DNA of 64,000 nucleotides, taken from NCBI RefSeq assembly GCF_006345805.1, contig NC_043014.1, positions 12,214,001 through 12,278,000 on the forward strand, written 5' to 3'. Source of the stretch: Octopus sinensis (lineage: Eukaryota). Positions 36,392 to 51,519 of this stretch are shown here, in pieces. The notes below the pieces were generated by a model. That model was not told the origin of the DNA. It was given only the letters and a program-made list of their open reading frames with translations, and made no database searches. Position numbers and translations under genes: made by a program. Within the stretch, counting starts at the first letter, position 1, and every line of letters starts with the position of its first letter.

Positions 36392-36680
36392 GCGAAGTTT
36401 AGTAGTAAACGATATTTTGCGTCTCAACTCGATACTTATCAATCAAATTTACATACCTTTCATACGTCAGAAGGCTGATGATCTCCGTTCACTCGTTCAG
36501 TGTTTGTTGTATAACAATTCAAATTGAAACAAAGAGTACTAGGGGACATTCTATAGCCCAGCAGTGCCCAATATTTTTTTGCATCATTGACCGGTTTCAA
36601 GCAATACAATTTTCCACGGACCAGAAGATCCATGGAAAACAATGACAGAATACCATAAAGAGCATAATGTAGAATTCAAT

Positions 36681-36758
<78 letters not shown>

Positions 36759-37246
36759 ACACATACACATATTTTTTCTTTTACTTGTCTCAGTTATTAG
36801 ACGCGATCATTCTGGAGCACCGCCTTGAAGAATTTTACTCGAAGGAATCGACCCCATTACTTGTTACTTCAAAGTCTGGTACTTATTCTATCGTTCTATA
36901 TAGTCGAACTGCTACGTTATGGAAACGTTAGCACGTCATCACCAGTTGGTGTAGCGAGGGACAAACACAGTTACAGAGACCCCCCACCCTTACAATACAC
37001 ACACACACACACACACAACACACATATATATATATATATATATATATTTCGCCACTACACATAGAACGCTAGCCACTTTCACATTCTTTATTTTCTCTCC
37101 TTGTTTCTTTCTGTGTTCCTTTCAGTGGAAGGGCGTAGGCTCGAAACGTTAAGACATTTTCACTTCCCGAGCATTATACTAATACATCTTTTTGTTGTCT
37201 ACACCACCTGTCTTCGTCGTTTGTTTTTTTTCGTGAATTCTCCCCC

Positions 37247-37248
<2 letters not shown>

Positions 37249-37287
<39 letters not shown>

Positions 37288-37291
37288 CATA

Positions 37292-37356
<65 letters not shown>

Positions 37357-37372
37357 CATATGCATCTATATC

Positions 37373-37408
<36 letters not shown>

Positions 37409-37431
37409 ATATATATATTATATAATACATA

Positions 37432-37476
<45 letters not shown>

Positions 37477-37836
37477 GCATATATAATATAATATATATAT
37501 ATATACATAACACATAATATATATATATATACATATGCATGTATATATACATATGCATATATATATATACATATGCATTATATATATACATAGACTATAG
37601 ATATATATATACAGAGACTATCTATATATATATATATAAAAATATTATTAGAGACAAAACCACTATTTTATTCCCTAATAATATATATATATAATATATA
37701 GTATATATAGTACATAGACATATATATATATTATATATATACATAGACATATATTATATATATATCTATACTATAATATATATATATATTATATATATAC
37801 ATAGACATATATATATATAATATATATATACTAGAC

Positions 37837-37867
<31 letters not shown>

Positions 37868-38105
37868 TATATATATATATATATATCTATACATAGACTA
37901 TAGATACTATATATATATATATATATAATATTATATATATACATAGACATATATTATATATATATAATATTATATATACACTAGACATATATATACATAT
38001 TTATATATATTACTATATATATTATATATATACATAGACATATATTACATATATATATTATATATATATATATATATATATCTATATATATATATCATAC
38101 ACATC

Positions 38106-38153
<48 letters not shown>

Positions 38154-38229
38154 AGATATATATATATATACATAGACATATTATATAATATATATATATA
38201 TACATAGACATATATATATATACCTAGAC

Positions 38230-38272
<43 letters not shown>

Positions 38273-38380
38273 TATATCTATATATATATATATCATAGAC
38301 ATATATATATATACATAGACATATATATATAGATATATATATATACTATAAGACATATATATATATCATAGACATAATAT

Positions 38381-38413
<33 letters not shown>

Positions 38414-38609
38414 CTATATATAATATATATATATATATAGACATAGATAGATATATATATATATATACATAGATATATATATATATATACATATATATAT
38501 ATCATATATATATATATATAATATACATATATATCTATATATATATATATATCTATAATAGCTATATATATATATATACATAGACATATATAATATATAT
38601 AACATAGAC

Positions 38610-38650
<41 letters not shown>
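37249..38650. repeat. Long degenerate (TA)n tract with CATATG/CATAGAC interruptions
   Basis: Visible directly. Confidence 0.95.
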
Positions 38651-38699
38651 CATAATACATATGTGTGTGTGTGTGCGTCTGTGTTTGTGTTGTTTTATA

Positions 38700-38935
38700 C
38701 CCTAAGGCCGACCAAAACATTGTGAGTGTATTTCGCTCAGGGAAACTGAAAAAAATCTGTCGTATATCTGTGTATATTTGTTTGTGTGTGTGTGTCTGTG
38801 TGTCTGTGCAGTTCGTCAAAAGACACTGATAGAATAAGTACTAGGCTTACAAAGAATAAATCCTAGGGGGTCGACTTGCTCAACTAAAAGTGGTGCTCCA
38901 GCATAGCCCCAGTCACATGACTGAAACAAGTAAAA
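38700..38935 (+). mobile_element. SINE family B (partial)
   Basis: Matches the family consensus. Confidence 0.8.
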
Positions 38936-39120
38936 CAATAACAAACTATGCCATTGTAATCCCGAGGAACGCCGGGTATCTCCGTAGTATATTATATATT
39001 TGCAGACACACAAATGCACGCACTCTTTCACACACAAACACAGACAGACAGACACACACACACACACATACACACACACACACACATACACACACACATA
39101 CACACACACATACACACACG

Positions 39121-39154
<34 letters not shown>

Positions 39155-39186
39155 CACACACATACACACACACACACATACACACA

Positions 39187-39225
<39 letters not shown>

Positions 39226-39854
39226 AACTCGCACATGTAAGTGAGATAGAATAAGTGTATAATCTTACGTTTTGTGAGTGTGTGTGTGTGTGTGAATGTG
39301 TGTGTGTGTGTGTGAGGATTCGTTTACGTTGGAATAGAAATAGACTTTTAGTTAAAACAACCCCTTAAAATGTAGTTAGCGTTTAAACGTCTCTCTTTTT
39401 CTCTCGCCCCCCCATCCCCTCCAAGCATATACGTCCCCCTCCCCCCTCCTCCCTCCCCCATCCCGTATCTTCTTCCTCCTCCCAGCGTCTCGTTCAACCA
39501 CACCGTTTTACGTCAATCTCTGTAAAGTTGTTATTATACCTAGAAAACGTTTATAGTTCCTGTGTTCTTTATGTCTTGTATTTTTAATTCTCGGCGAAGA
39601 CGGTAATTTACTTCCTTGGAGTAGTTTTGCAGTTGTTTAAACATGCGCGTGCGTATACGCACTCACAAACACACACGCGCACGCGCGCGCGCATACACCC
39701 GTACAGCCGCACGTACCCACACTCTCAAGCACACACACATACGCGTACGAACGAATACGCAGATATACACATGCACATACACACACTCCTCTGTCCCTCT
39801 CACACACACTTCTCCCTTTCACTCACACGCATATATGTTCAGAGAAGGAGAGGG

Positions 39855-39858
39855 ATAA

Positions 39859-39899
<41 letters not shown>

Positions 39900-39912
39900 C
39901 AGATAGATAGAC

Positions 39913-39979
<67 letters not shown>

Positions 39980-40014
39980 CAGACAGATAGATAGATAAAT
40001 AGATAGATAGATAA

Positions 40015-40087
<73 letters not shown>

Positions 40088-40110
40088 GAGACAGACAGGT
40101 AGATAGATGA
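39855..40110. repeat. (GATA)n microsatellite
   Basis: Visible directly. Confidence 0.97.
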
Positions 40111-40317
40111 ATAGAAAGACAGAAAAAAAAAGATTGATAAACAAATAGGCGCAGGAGTGGTTCCGGGTTCAGTCCCACTGCGTGGCACCTTAGGCCGACC
40201 AAAGCCTTGTGAGTAGATTTGGTAGACGGAAACTGTATATATATATATATATATATTTTCAATATTATTGAACATTTATGGTGCATTTCAAATAAGGAAA
40301 ACAAATAAGGAGTCGAT

Positions 40318-41382
40318 ATCGACTCCTTATTTGTTTTTCTGAAATGTACCATAAATGTTTAATAATATTGAGATCTGGGGACTGTGGTGACCACATAAGA
40401 TGTTTAGCTTCACTAGAATGTTCCTCGTGCCATTATGTAACAACTTTACCTGTGTGAATTGGTGCATTATCATCCTGATAGATTGCGTTTACCTCCAGAA
40501 ACAGTTCCGCAACCATAGGATGAATTTGATTATATAAAATGCTTAAATAGTCTTGACTATTAATTCTGCCGTGAAAGGAAACTATTGGACTGGCGGATTT
40601 CCAAGATATAGCGCACCAGTTCATCACAGATCCTCCTCCATATTTAACAGTTGGAAGAAGGCAGTCTGGGTCAAATGCTTCATTTGGCTGTCTCCACAAG
40701 TTTACTTGGCCGGTGGTCAGAAATAAGGTAAAAGATGACTAGTTCAAGAAAATAACATTCTTCCACTGTTCTAGGGACCAATTCTGTAGGTTTTTACTCC
40801 ACTCTAAACGCTTTGCAATGATTATTTTTGAAAGTAGTGGTTTTCTGTTTGCCTCCTCCCATGAAATTCGGCTTTGTGCAGCTCCCGGCGAACAGTTTTT
40901 GTGGAAACTGGGTTCTCGACGTGGTCATTAAGCTCTGCAGTAATTTTGGGAGCTGTACTTTTGTGATCCTTTCTAACAATTCGCGTAATAGTTCGACACT
41001 CGCTATCTGAAAATCTTGGTTTTCTTCCGGAGTATTGTTTCGATGGGGTTTTCCCCTCTTTCTCAAAGGCTGTCATTACTTTCGAGAAAATACTTTTTGA
41101 TACACCAAACATTTCGGCTATTTTCATTACGCTAGCACCTGCCATACGAGCACCAACAATTTGACCTCTTTGAAAGTCTGATAGCTCTGTCATTTTAATG
41201 AATTTTAATTACCTTTTTCTCATGATATGTGAAACGAAACAGCAGTTTTAGCAAAACATTAAGCAATATTAATAAGAAATAAAAAAAACCATAAAAATGA
41301 ACAAGTTTTTGACTATTTTATAGATATTTCAAAATTATGATGGTATTATGCTAGGTATTTCCATTATTTTATCAAATCCCTG
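40318..41382 (-). mobile_element. Tc1-like transposon, frameshifted and 3'-truncated
   Basis: MTELSDFQRGQIVGARMAGAS..SGRKPRFS (HTH region), PTVKYGGGSVMNW..QDDNAPIH and SPQSPDLNII motifs. A 5' TIR-like CAGGGATTTGATAAAATAATGGAAA lies near 41382. Confidence 0.92.
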
Positions 41383-41517
41383 TGCGAATATATATATGTA
41401 TATATATATATATGCACCTCGTTTTGGGATCACCAATACTTTATTATCTCCCATTCTTCCTAGTTCTCCTGTCTAACTACCTGTACCTATATATACGTAC
41501 ACACACACACATACTTA

Positions 41518-41860
41518 AAACTTTGCCTTTCATCCTTCCGGGCCCGATAAATTAAGTACCAGTCAAGTACTGGGGTCGATGTAATCGACTATCCCCCTCC
41601 CCACAAATTCGAAGCCTTGTGTCTATAACAGAAAGGTTTAATAAGGTGGCGAGCTGGCAGAAACGTTAGCACGCCGGGCGAAATGCTTATAAATATTTCG
41701 TCTGTCTTTACTTTCTGATTTCAAATACCGCCGAGGTCGGCTTCGCCTTTCATCCTTTCGGGCCCGATAAATTAAGTACCAGTTGTGCACTGGAATCGAT
41801 CTAATCGATTGGCCTCCTCCCCCAAAATTTTGGGCCTTGTATCTAGCGTAGAAAAGAATA
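41518..41860 (+). mobile_element. Two tandem SINE family A copies
   Basis: A 3' half at 41520-41640 and a full copy from 41644. Confidence 0.85.
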
Positions 41861-42164
41861 TATCTCTTATCACCACTCTGCGTCTTTTATCAGGCTACAG
41901 AAAGATCCAAACAAGTTGATTATTTAAAGAGAGCGCAAGACAGGGCGATTTTATTTTCCCCAATCTATTAAATCCCGCTTAGAAGATGTAAGTCGAAAAC
42001 TACACCGAAAGGAAGACAAAATGGGAATTAAATTCAACAGCAAATTAATCACAAATATCTTTGTGTGTGTGTATGTGTGTGTGTGTAGAACACAACTATA
42101 TGTCTCTGCGTGTTTTGTGATGTTTAACTCTTTTAATCCGGCATTATATAGATGATTCAGATAA

Positions 42165-42742
42165 ACATCCTTCCTGAGTCGTATAGACGCATAGGGTGGG
42201 TTTCTCAGTTTCCTGGAACATATATATATTCCCCACTGGACGGGATGTCGGTCTGGCTCGGATTACTCAGTTTAACCAACTGAGTAGACGAGCAACGTGA
42301 AATGAAGTGTTTTGCTCAAGAACACAACGCATCGCCCGGTCCCGGAATCGAAACCATAACGTTACGATCATGAGTCCAACACCTCTAAACACTAAGCCAC
42401 ACACCTCCACACGCACACACGCACACACGCACACACGCACATACACACGCGCACACACACATATATGTATGTATGTATATATGTTGTTGTTTTGTTTGTT
42501 CCTTCTCGAGCCATGCCTGGCTCATAAGGGCCGGTTTCCCGGTTTCCTTGGCGTATAGGTTCCCTACCTGGACGGGATGCCGGTCTGTCGCAGGTGAGCT
42601 GCATGATGCAGGATGCAGGAGGAAAGAGTGAGAGAAAGTTGTGGCGAAAGAGTCAGCAGAAGTTCGCCATTACCTTCTGCCGGACCGCGTGGAGCTTAGG
42701 TGTTTCGCTCATAAACACACACACTAGGCCATGTGCCTCCAC
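42165..42742 (-). mobile_element. SINE D (42165-42410) and SINE with head C remnant + tail Z (42500-42742)
   Basis: tRNA-like heads on the minus strand. The second copy has a deleted head, then GAGCGAAACACCTAAGCTCCACG, then CCTGCGACAGACCGGCATCCCGTCCAGG. Confidence 0.82.
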
Positions 42743-42846
42743 TATGTATGTATGTATGTATGTATGTATGTATGTATGTATGTATGTATGTATGTATGTA
42801 TGTATGAATGTATGTATGTATGTGTGTGTGTGAACGTGCGTGCGAA

Positions 42847-42893
<47 letters not shown>

Positions 42894-43546
42894 GCCCGTA
42901 CGTGTAAATTTGTTTTCGTACGTGAAGTGTATATGTTTGTGAGAAGAATTTTATGGCATCTTAAAAGACGCATTTCTCTTAAGCTTCATCTGCAAAATTA
43001 AAAGTAAAAACAAAACAAAAATCTCTATCTTAAAAATAGTATAAGAATTTTATTTTAATCTATTTGAAATTTTTTCTTTGTTCCTCCACACCTTCCCTTG
43101 TTGTTTTCTTAATACTTTGACTTGCGTTCACCTTAAAAAAAAAAGATTTTCTTCTGTGCAATTAGAAATTATATTTATGTCTATTTGTTATTCAGTTATA
43201 TCACTATAACTATTTGCATAAGGACGAAAGAAAAAAAAAAGCCCAGCTTTACGTAAATAAAATCAGACATAAGCTCGAAAACAATACGGCTTCTGTCTGA
43301 TAATGCATTAAACAAATGGCTGATTTTTTAGCGGACATTAACCACCATTGCCATTGCCAAGAACTACAGCAACAAAAAAACAAAACAAAACAAAAAAAAA
43401 AAACAAGCAACATTATCAGCTTCCTCTTCATCACCATTATCATTATTATTATCATCGTTAATACGTACGAGATACGCGTTTATGTATATTGTTTTAATGC
43501 TTATTCACTCTAATGGTGTCATGATTGTTGAGTTAAATTTTCCTAC

Positions 43547-43597
<51 letters not shown>

Positions 43598-43600
<3 letters not shown>

Positions 43601-43690
43601 TTTTTCCTTCTTCCTTCAAATTTTCTTCCGTTTCTCGCCGGGTGTTTTCCATACACCTAGGGCAGAGAAGCTCATTGTATGCATTCCCAG
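43598..43690 (-). mobile_element. Short insert in (TAA)n, probably a 3' stub of a (TAA)n-targeting LINE
   Basis: About 90 bp of unique sequence between two perfect (TTA)n tracts, with an A-run at the minus-strand 3' end. Confidence 0.45.
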
Positions 43691-43735
<45 letters not shown>

Positions 43736-44328
43736 GTTGTCATTATTATTATTATTATTTGTTTTCTCAAAAGTCCTTATACAAATATTTTGAAATATTG
43801 TAATGATACAAGCTGAGAAACATTCAAACCGCCGCCTACCGATTGCAACATGTACGAACGAAAAACCAAAAAAAAAATATATACAGCATAAACTATTATC
43901 ATTATTGTTAATATTGTTATTAGTGTTTGTTACTTGTATTACTATTATTGTTACTATTTTTGTTATTAATGTTATTACTATTATCATTATCAACATCATC
44001 GTTTGTTTATTTTCCTCTATCCGTTCTTTCTACGCTTTTTTTTGGCGGGGCGGTGGTGCGTTTTTTTTTTGTCCGCCATACTTTCTTAATCCGCCATTAA
44101 CATCAGCGTTTTGAACCGAGCACTTCATCAACATGCATCTATAAAGCCTGTAATGTCGATGCGAGGCTTTTAAAAAGAGAAAACCACCCGCTTCACACGA
44201 AAACCAACACAAAAGGAAAATATAAAAAAAACAACAGTTTTTGTCTCCTCATATGGTGCACAAACTACAAAGAAAATTTCTAAACGACCAAGCAGTTTTC
44301 TAACGTCCACACATCCAACCATATATAA

Positions 44329-45550
<1,222 letters not shown>

Positions 45551-46833
45551 CATAGAATGATTCAAGAGAGATGATTCGGGTATGTTATATATATTAGTTG
45601 CAAATTGCTGTTTAACCCAATTTTGCTTTGTCTGTTTGTTTATCTTGTGGTAACGAACTCAAAAGGAAGCCGAGAGCGAACGAAACTAAAACGCTTTGCA
45701 ATATCCAACCATTCTGAATATAAGTTTTAATAGCCTAGTCAGAGGAAGGGCATCACCCATCATACTTTCCAGGCGTCCAAGATCGGTGGGAAGAAAAGTG
45801 TGAGTTGTCCTCACGTTGCACATTTGGCTCGATGTTTTTTTATCACAAGATAAAGGGACAAATGTCAAAAATGTCGGATATCTCTTTCGTGGCCACAAAT
45901 CTCTTATGCCTGAGAATATTTTGCATCTCTATAAGGCCTCCCATCGAACTTACATTGAATACTGTTGTTAATTTCGGGCTGATCCCTCATCTGAATGTCT
46001 TGACTTGTTTGATCGAATTGTTAAAATGCTGGGTCCTCTTCTTTCTACGAGGTTAGTGTCTATGGAACATCGTCAAAATGTATCTTTGTTGGGTCTTTTC
46101 TATGAGTAATTTCCATGGTCATTGCTCTGTTCAACTTTCTGGTTAGGTGCCCTCTATCAAAACCTTTAGCCGTACCATCCACTTCTCTTCTCAGGCGCAT
46201 AATTTGTCTGCTGTGCTTTCTATTAGGCATAAATTCTTTTATTCTAATACCCCCCCCCCCTGGAACTGCTACTCTCCGCACCTTATTTCCATTGTCTTGT
46301 TTTCCTATGATTTATGATATTTTGTCAATCGTCATCTTTTGAATTTGTAGGCTTCTTTTCCTTCTTGGAAGTCCTTTACGCTACATGGCCTCGAGCCCTG
46401 TTTGGGACAAAATCGTAGCTCCTGCCACCAAAACGCAAAATAACCCCCCCACAAAAAAAACAAAGCCCCCCCCCCCAAAAAAAAAAAACGTAAAGATATA
46501 TTTTTTACATGTAGGAGTAAACCTTTTTATCTAATTCACTTACAAGACTGATCATTCCATGACTGTTGTACTTTGGGATTGATTTGGAAACTATATAGAG
46601 ACCAAGTAATTTCTGAACTTCACCGCCAAACATGGTTTACGTCTCTAATATCCCACATATAACAGCGGTGAAAAAGAAGGCGAGTGGGGATTTATATTTT
46701 TACTCAATCAGCTTACCCTCTGTGTGTCTATCAAGAAGGGTGTCTCTGTAGAAACCTTCGCACTCATTCAAATCAGTATGTGACCACACACGAAACCTCT
46801 GAGATCCATAGGAAAATAAAAAGCAGAGTTTAA

Positions 46834-47053
46834 CCCTTTAGCATTCAGATTACTCTGTCAAATGCTCTGCTTACTTATTCACATCGCTTTGAATTAACCA
46901 TGTATTATCTTGTAGCTAAGACATTTTCCTGATGTGACTATTTAGTTTTAGAAAGACATTGTAGGCTAGGTGTGAGAGGCTAGATCTGGCCAGTTTTAAC
47001 ATAAAACTGGTAGAATATTTAGGCCGGATATGGCCGGTTTGAATGCTAAAGGG
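46834..47053. mobile_element. piggyBac-like MITE with TTAA TSD
   Basis: TTAA|CCCTTTAGCATTCA ... TGAATGCTAAAGGG|TTAA. Confidence 0.9.
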
Positions 47054-47919
47054 TTAAACCTAAAGACCCCAAAAGGAATTTAATATAAGTTTCATAGTAC
47101 AGAGATGACCGTGTAGTTAAGAAACTCCCTTTGCAATCTTGTGGCTTCGGATTCAGTCACACTGCGCAGCAACATGAGCAGTTTTTCTACTATAACCCCG
47201 GACAAACCTTAAAATAACCACCGGACTTTAAAATAAAATAAGAACTAGGGTAGATTTGTTTGTTCAATTGAAACGTTTCAAGGTGTTGACTCGCATGGCT
47301 GCAGTCCATTGATTAAAACGAATAAGGCTGGTTTTAAATTCTGCCGAGGTCGACTTTGCCTTTCATCCTTTAGGAGTCGATAAAATAACTGCTTGTGACA
47401 GCCCGTCAAAGGTAATGACAACGTTAGATAAAATGGCTACTGGTTTCGATATAATCAACTCGTATCCTCTTAAAATTTCTGGCCTTGTGCTAAAATTTGA
47501 GACCATAATTGGAATAGCAATATGCTACATTCAAGAGTGAACCATTCTACAGTATAGTAATTTACTTAAAGTAAGTGGCCCAATATCATCAAGTTTCTTA
47601 ATTATGAGACACAGTGCAGCGCCAGCCCTTCGACCAGTAACTAGTTTGACACCATATTACATAATAATGGATTTCAATCGGAATCCATACGACCCCTTGG
47701 AGTCCATTTAAGTTTTTTTTGGTTCATCGTAAGCAAAATAGCAAATTAAGGGTTCACAGTCATATTTTAGCGGTCCATGAAAAAATTTTGCTTTAGACGT
47801 ATTCATTGCGAGAAATGTTTAACGTAAGTCAACGTTTCTGCGCACTGAAGTATGTTCTCTCCGTGAGTGCTATTGCAAGCCTACAGAAGGGAACGTATGC
47901 AAGACAAAATAAGAATTTT

Positions 47920-48460
47920 AATAATAATAATGAAATTATTGTTATCAGTGCTCAAGTGCACCACAACTTGTCAAAAGTGCGTATAAAGCATATGCAGTAA
48001 TGTACAAATGTCTGGGAAGTGAACAGTGCATGAGTCAGATACATGCTTGCGTGTGTATGGAGGGGAGAAAATCAGGTGTCGTGTTGGCGAATCTCAGAAA
48101 GCATGAAAGTTTTGAAGGATGCAGTGCTCCGACAACTACCAACTTATGCCGGCAGTTTGTTCCATGCTTCAGCAACTCTCAGCGTGAAAAAATGTTTCTG
48201 AAAGTCATGGGAGCTGTTCTGTTTTCTGACTTTGTAAACATGTCCACGGGTGTTAGACAGGTGGAGTTTGAAAAGGTGCTCAGAGTTATTGTTTGTAAGA
48301 TGGTTAATAATTTTATGGGTGTCTGCCAAGTCAGCTGCCAGGCGTTCAGAATATGGCAAATGCCTGATGGAGGGTATTCTCTTGATTGCATGTCGCTGAA
48401 CGGTTTCCAGACGATTAATATCCTGGGCTAGATAGGGGTTCCAGACCGGTGATACAAATA
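47920..48460 (-). mobile_element. CR1-group LINE 3' fragment, nested in an old hAT-like MITE (about 47665-48590)
   Basis: MPYSERL..DLADTHKII..TRGHVYKVRK..KHFFTLRVAEAWNKLP, with a (TTA)n tail on the minus strand. Confidence 0.82.
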
Positions 48461-49324
48461 CATATCTATAAAGACATATCTATAAAGCTAATTTTTAAAA
48501 ACATTAAATGGCTAAGGGAGTCCACCAGAGTAAAATAGTAATAAAAAAGAGTCCATAGGTAAAAAGAAAAAAATGGTTGATAACTACTTTTATAAAGATT
48601 ATTTCAGCTTAAATTTGTTTAAAGCAAAACAAAGTGAAATATCTACTCTTCCCAAATTAAAATGACTAAAAAGAACTGGAACATTTATCGAAGAAATAAC
48701 GACTGATATAAAACCTCTTTTACCGCCAACTCACTAACACACAGGATTAAGCATTCGCGACGCCATCAAAAGTGTCAATGTCAAATTCGTTCTGTTGCTA
48801 GTTACTCACTTAACGTATACAGCAGAGTCTCTACAGCACATTTCACGTTATATTGTCATATATTTTTTTTAATGTACTGAACGTAATGTGTGTTCCTTCG
48901 TTGAAGAACCAACTAACATTGATGGCGGTGATAGTTTGTAGGACTAGGAGTAGTCTTGAACGTCGAATGTCATTTGGCGCTTGGAAGCGCTCACTTGACC
49001 CACCACCCGCTAAGAGTTCAAGAAGGCATGATAGACTGGGCTGTTAATAACGAGAAGGAGGAGGGGAGGAGGAGGAGAAGAAGGAGAAGAAAATAGTTTC
49101 TTGTGTGAAGTGGTAGTGTCTTGTGGTCAGTTAGCCGTTACAACAGAAATAGATTAATGTCAAGAATTTAAGACTTTCCATGTGACTGATAACACATGTT
49201 TACTCGACACGTTCGCTTTGCAGCCATCTTAACAGCAACAACAACAACAACAACAACAACAATAATAATAATAATGATAACAATAACAACAGTAATAGTA
49301 ATAATAATAATAATGGTTTCACAT

Positions 49325-49630
49325 TTTGACACAAGGGCAGCAAGTACGAGGAAGGAGGTTAGTCGATTATATCGACCCCAGTGCTCAACTAGTACTTATT
49401 TTATCGGCCCTGAAAGGATGAAAGGCAAAGTCGACCTCGGCGGAATTTGAACACAGAACGTCAAGTTGGACGAAATGCCGCTAAGCAATTTTCCCGGCGT
49501 GTCAGCTCATAATAATAATCAAGGCAGCGAGATGGCGATATCGTTAGCATACGGGACAAAATACCTTGTGGCATTTCATTCGTCTTTACTCTCTGAGTTC
49601 AAATTCCACTTAGGTTGACTTTGCCTATGG
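49325..49630. mobile_element. Divergent SINE A pair (- 49325-49500, + 49522-49630)
   Basis: Matches the family consensus on both strands. Confidence 0.8.
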
Positions 49631-49639
49631 GTTACATTG

Positions 49640-51230
49640 GTATCTCTAGCGGTTGCAGACCCTTGCGTGTAGCCATCGAAAAACTGATAACGGATATTAT
49701 GTCTAAATAGACAGAAGTACGGAACGACTATCGCCTTTGAATATTCCCTTTGAAATATTTATAATATCAGAGACGATCGTTCCGCTCTGAGTTGAAAGTG
49801 AGAGGATTGTTGCTTAGGTCTTTGTGAGCCGTTCAGTTGCGACGACTGAGCGGGCTGATACTTATGTCAAGTACAAAGACTTCAGCAACCTTAGATGGAG
49901 AACAGAATCGAATGCTTTCGTATAATCAAACCATACAGTCACAAGATTTCTGCAGTGTTTTGTTACTTCGGACAGTACATCTCTACAAACCCGTCTTCCC
50001 CTCTGCCTATTCATCAGTCACAATGTTGTTGTACTCAAAATTATCCTGGAGGAATTAGTTGAGACAGTTTATGTAAAACTCGGGCACAATGTTTAGGAAA
50101 GTAATGGGCCTATAGTTTTCTGCCAACACGGTAGTTTCATGTTTAGCAAGATTCGTCCATGCTTCAGCAAGCCAGTTTGATATGTTAGTCTGGCCTTCTA
50201 CAGATCTTTTGAATATACATATTAAAGGTTTTCTGTAGAAAATCAGCCTCTTCAACTTATATGAAACTATTTCGGTCTTTTTCCGGTGTCACACCATAAT
50301 GTTGTTTGCCAACAGCTATAATGAAAATTTATTCCCAATTGTTATTTCTTTATTGCCCACGTGGGACTAAACATAGAGGGGACAAACAAGGACAGACAAA
50401 CGGATTAAGTCGATTACATCGACCCCAGTACGCAGCTGGTACTTAATTTATCGACCTCGAAAGGATGAAAGGCAAAGTCGACCTCGGCGGAATTTGAACT
50501 CAGAACGTAACGGCAGACGAAATAATTTATTCCTAATTGTATTTAACCATAGTGCATTCTGGTTGAAATTTGTCTTTTAGTTCTAGATCTTAAACCGGAA
50601 TGATTCAAGATCTTTAGAAGGGGATTTCTTAACAGTAATGCTTTCCTTTCTCATCGCCGGGTATAAACCATATGAATTGGGTGCAAACTTGTGATTTTTA
50701 TTGGCTAGCCCACAAATTCCCCAATCGTAACAAAGTTTTTCGCTCAGTGTTGTCCTGAGTTCGCGCTTTAAATGATTAGCTTTCGCTTAAAACTTAGCGT
50801 AAAGAATTGCCGAAGAGTTTTGTTATTTTTTGCGTAAGATGTACTTGGTGAGACGTGAGTTCATTATACCCTCTGCATTTTATTATCCTGGTTATACATC
50901 CAATATGTCGGCGCATATTGTTGATGTTTTCTTCAAGTTTTGTTTTCCAACTGGGTTGCTTCCGCTAAGTGATTTCATTAGCACGTGCACTGCAGGTTTC
51001 CCTTAGGTGTTCTTTAAGAGTAATAACAGCTGTGTATTAATTGTCCAGCAATTAAAATTACATGATTCCATGTGTTCTTCAGCAACATCATCGATAACCT
51101 TAAATACTAGAACAGTTGTTTATCTTTTTTTCTTTACTCTTGGTAAGAATGGCTTTTCGCTCAACGACAGCTTAGAAAAACTGGAAAAGACTTTTTACGA
51201 ACTTTAGTTAAATTGAATATGTTCCACAGA
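49640..51230 (-). mobile_element. Decayed R4-like (RLE-clade) LINE RT relic, interrupted by SINE A (50342-50523)
   Basis: Minus-strand AENYRPITFLN, RNLVTVWFDYTKAFDSVLH and KGIFKGDS. Confidence 0.78.
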
Positions 51231-51519
51231 CGTCTCTGAGATGTGTAAAACTTTAGTGGTGGCATCAGCGTTTTTTTTCTTTTTACATTATTCTTGATCT
51301 CTTTATGGTAGACTTTGGCCGGTTCTCAGGGATTTGAGATAATAGGTTAGCGTCGCGATAGTCGAACTAGCAATTGCTGTCGGTGGTGATTATTCTCTTC
51401 ACAAAAAAAAAAAGATGTTTGTTGCCGAAGCGGATAGATGTACAACATTCTCCATGGATCCATTTAAAGCCTTATTTTGATTCAAGCGATTGTAGAGTTA
51501 CTATCGCTTCAATAACAAT

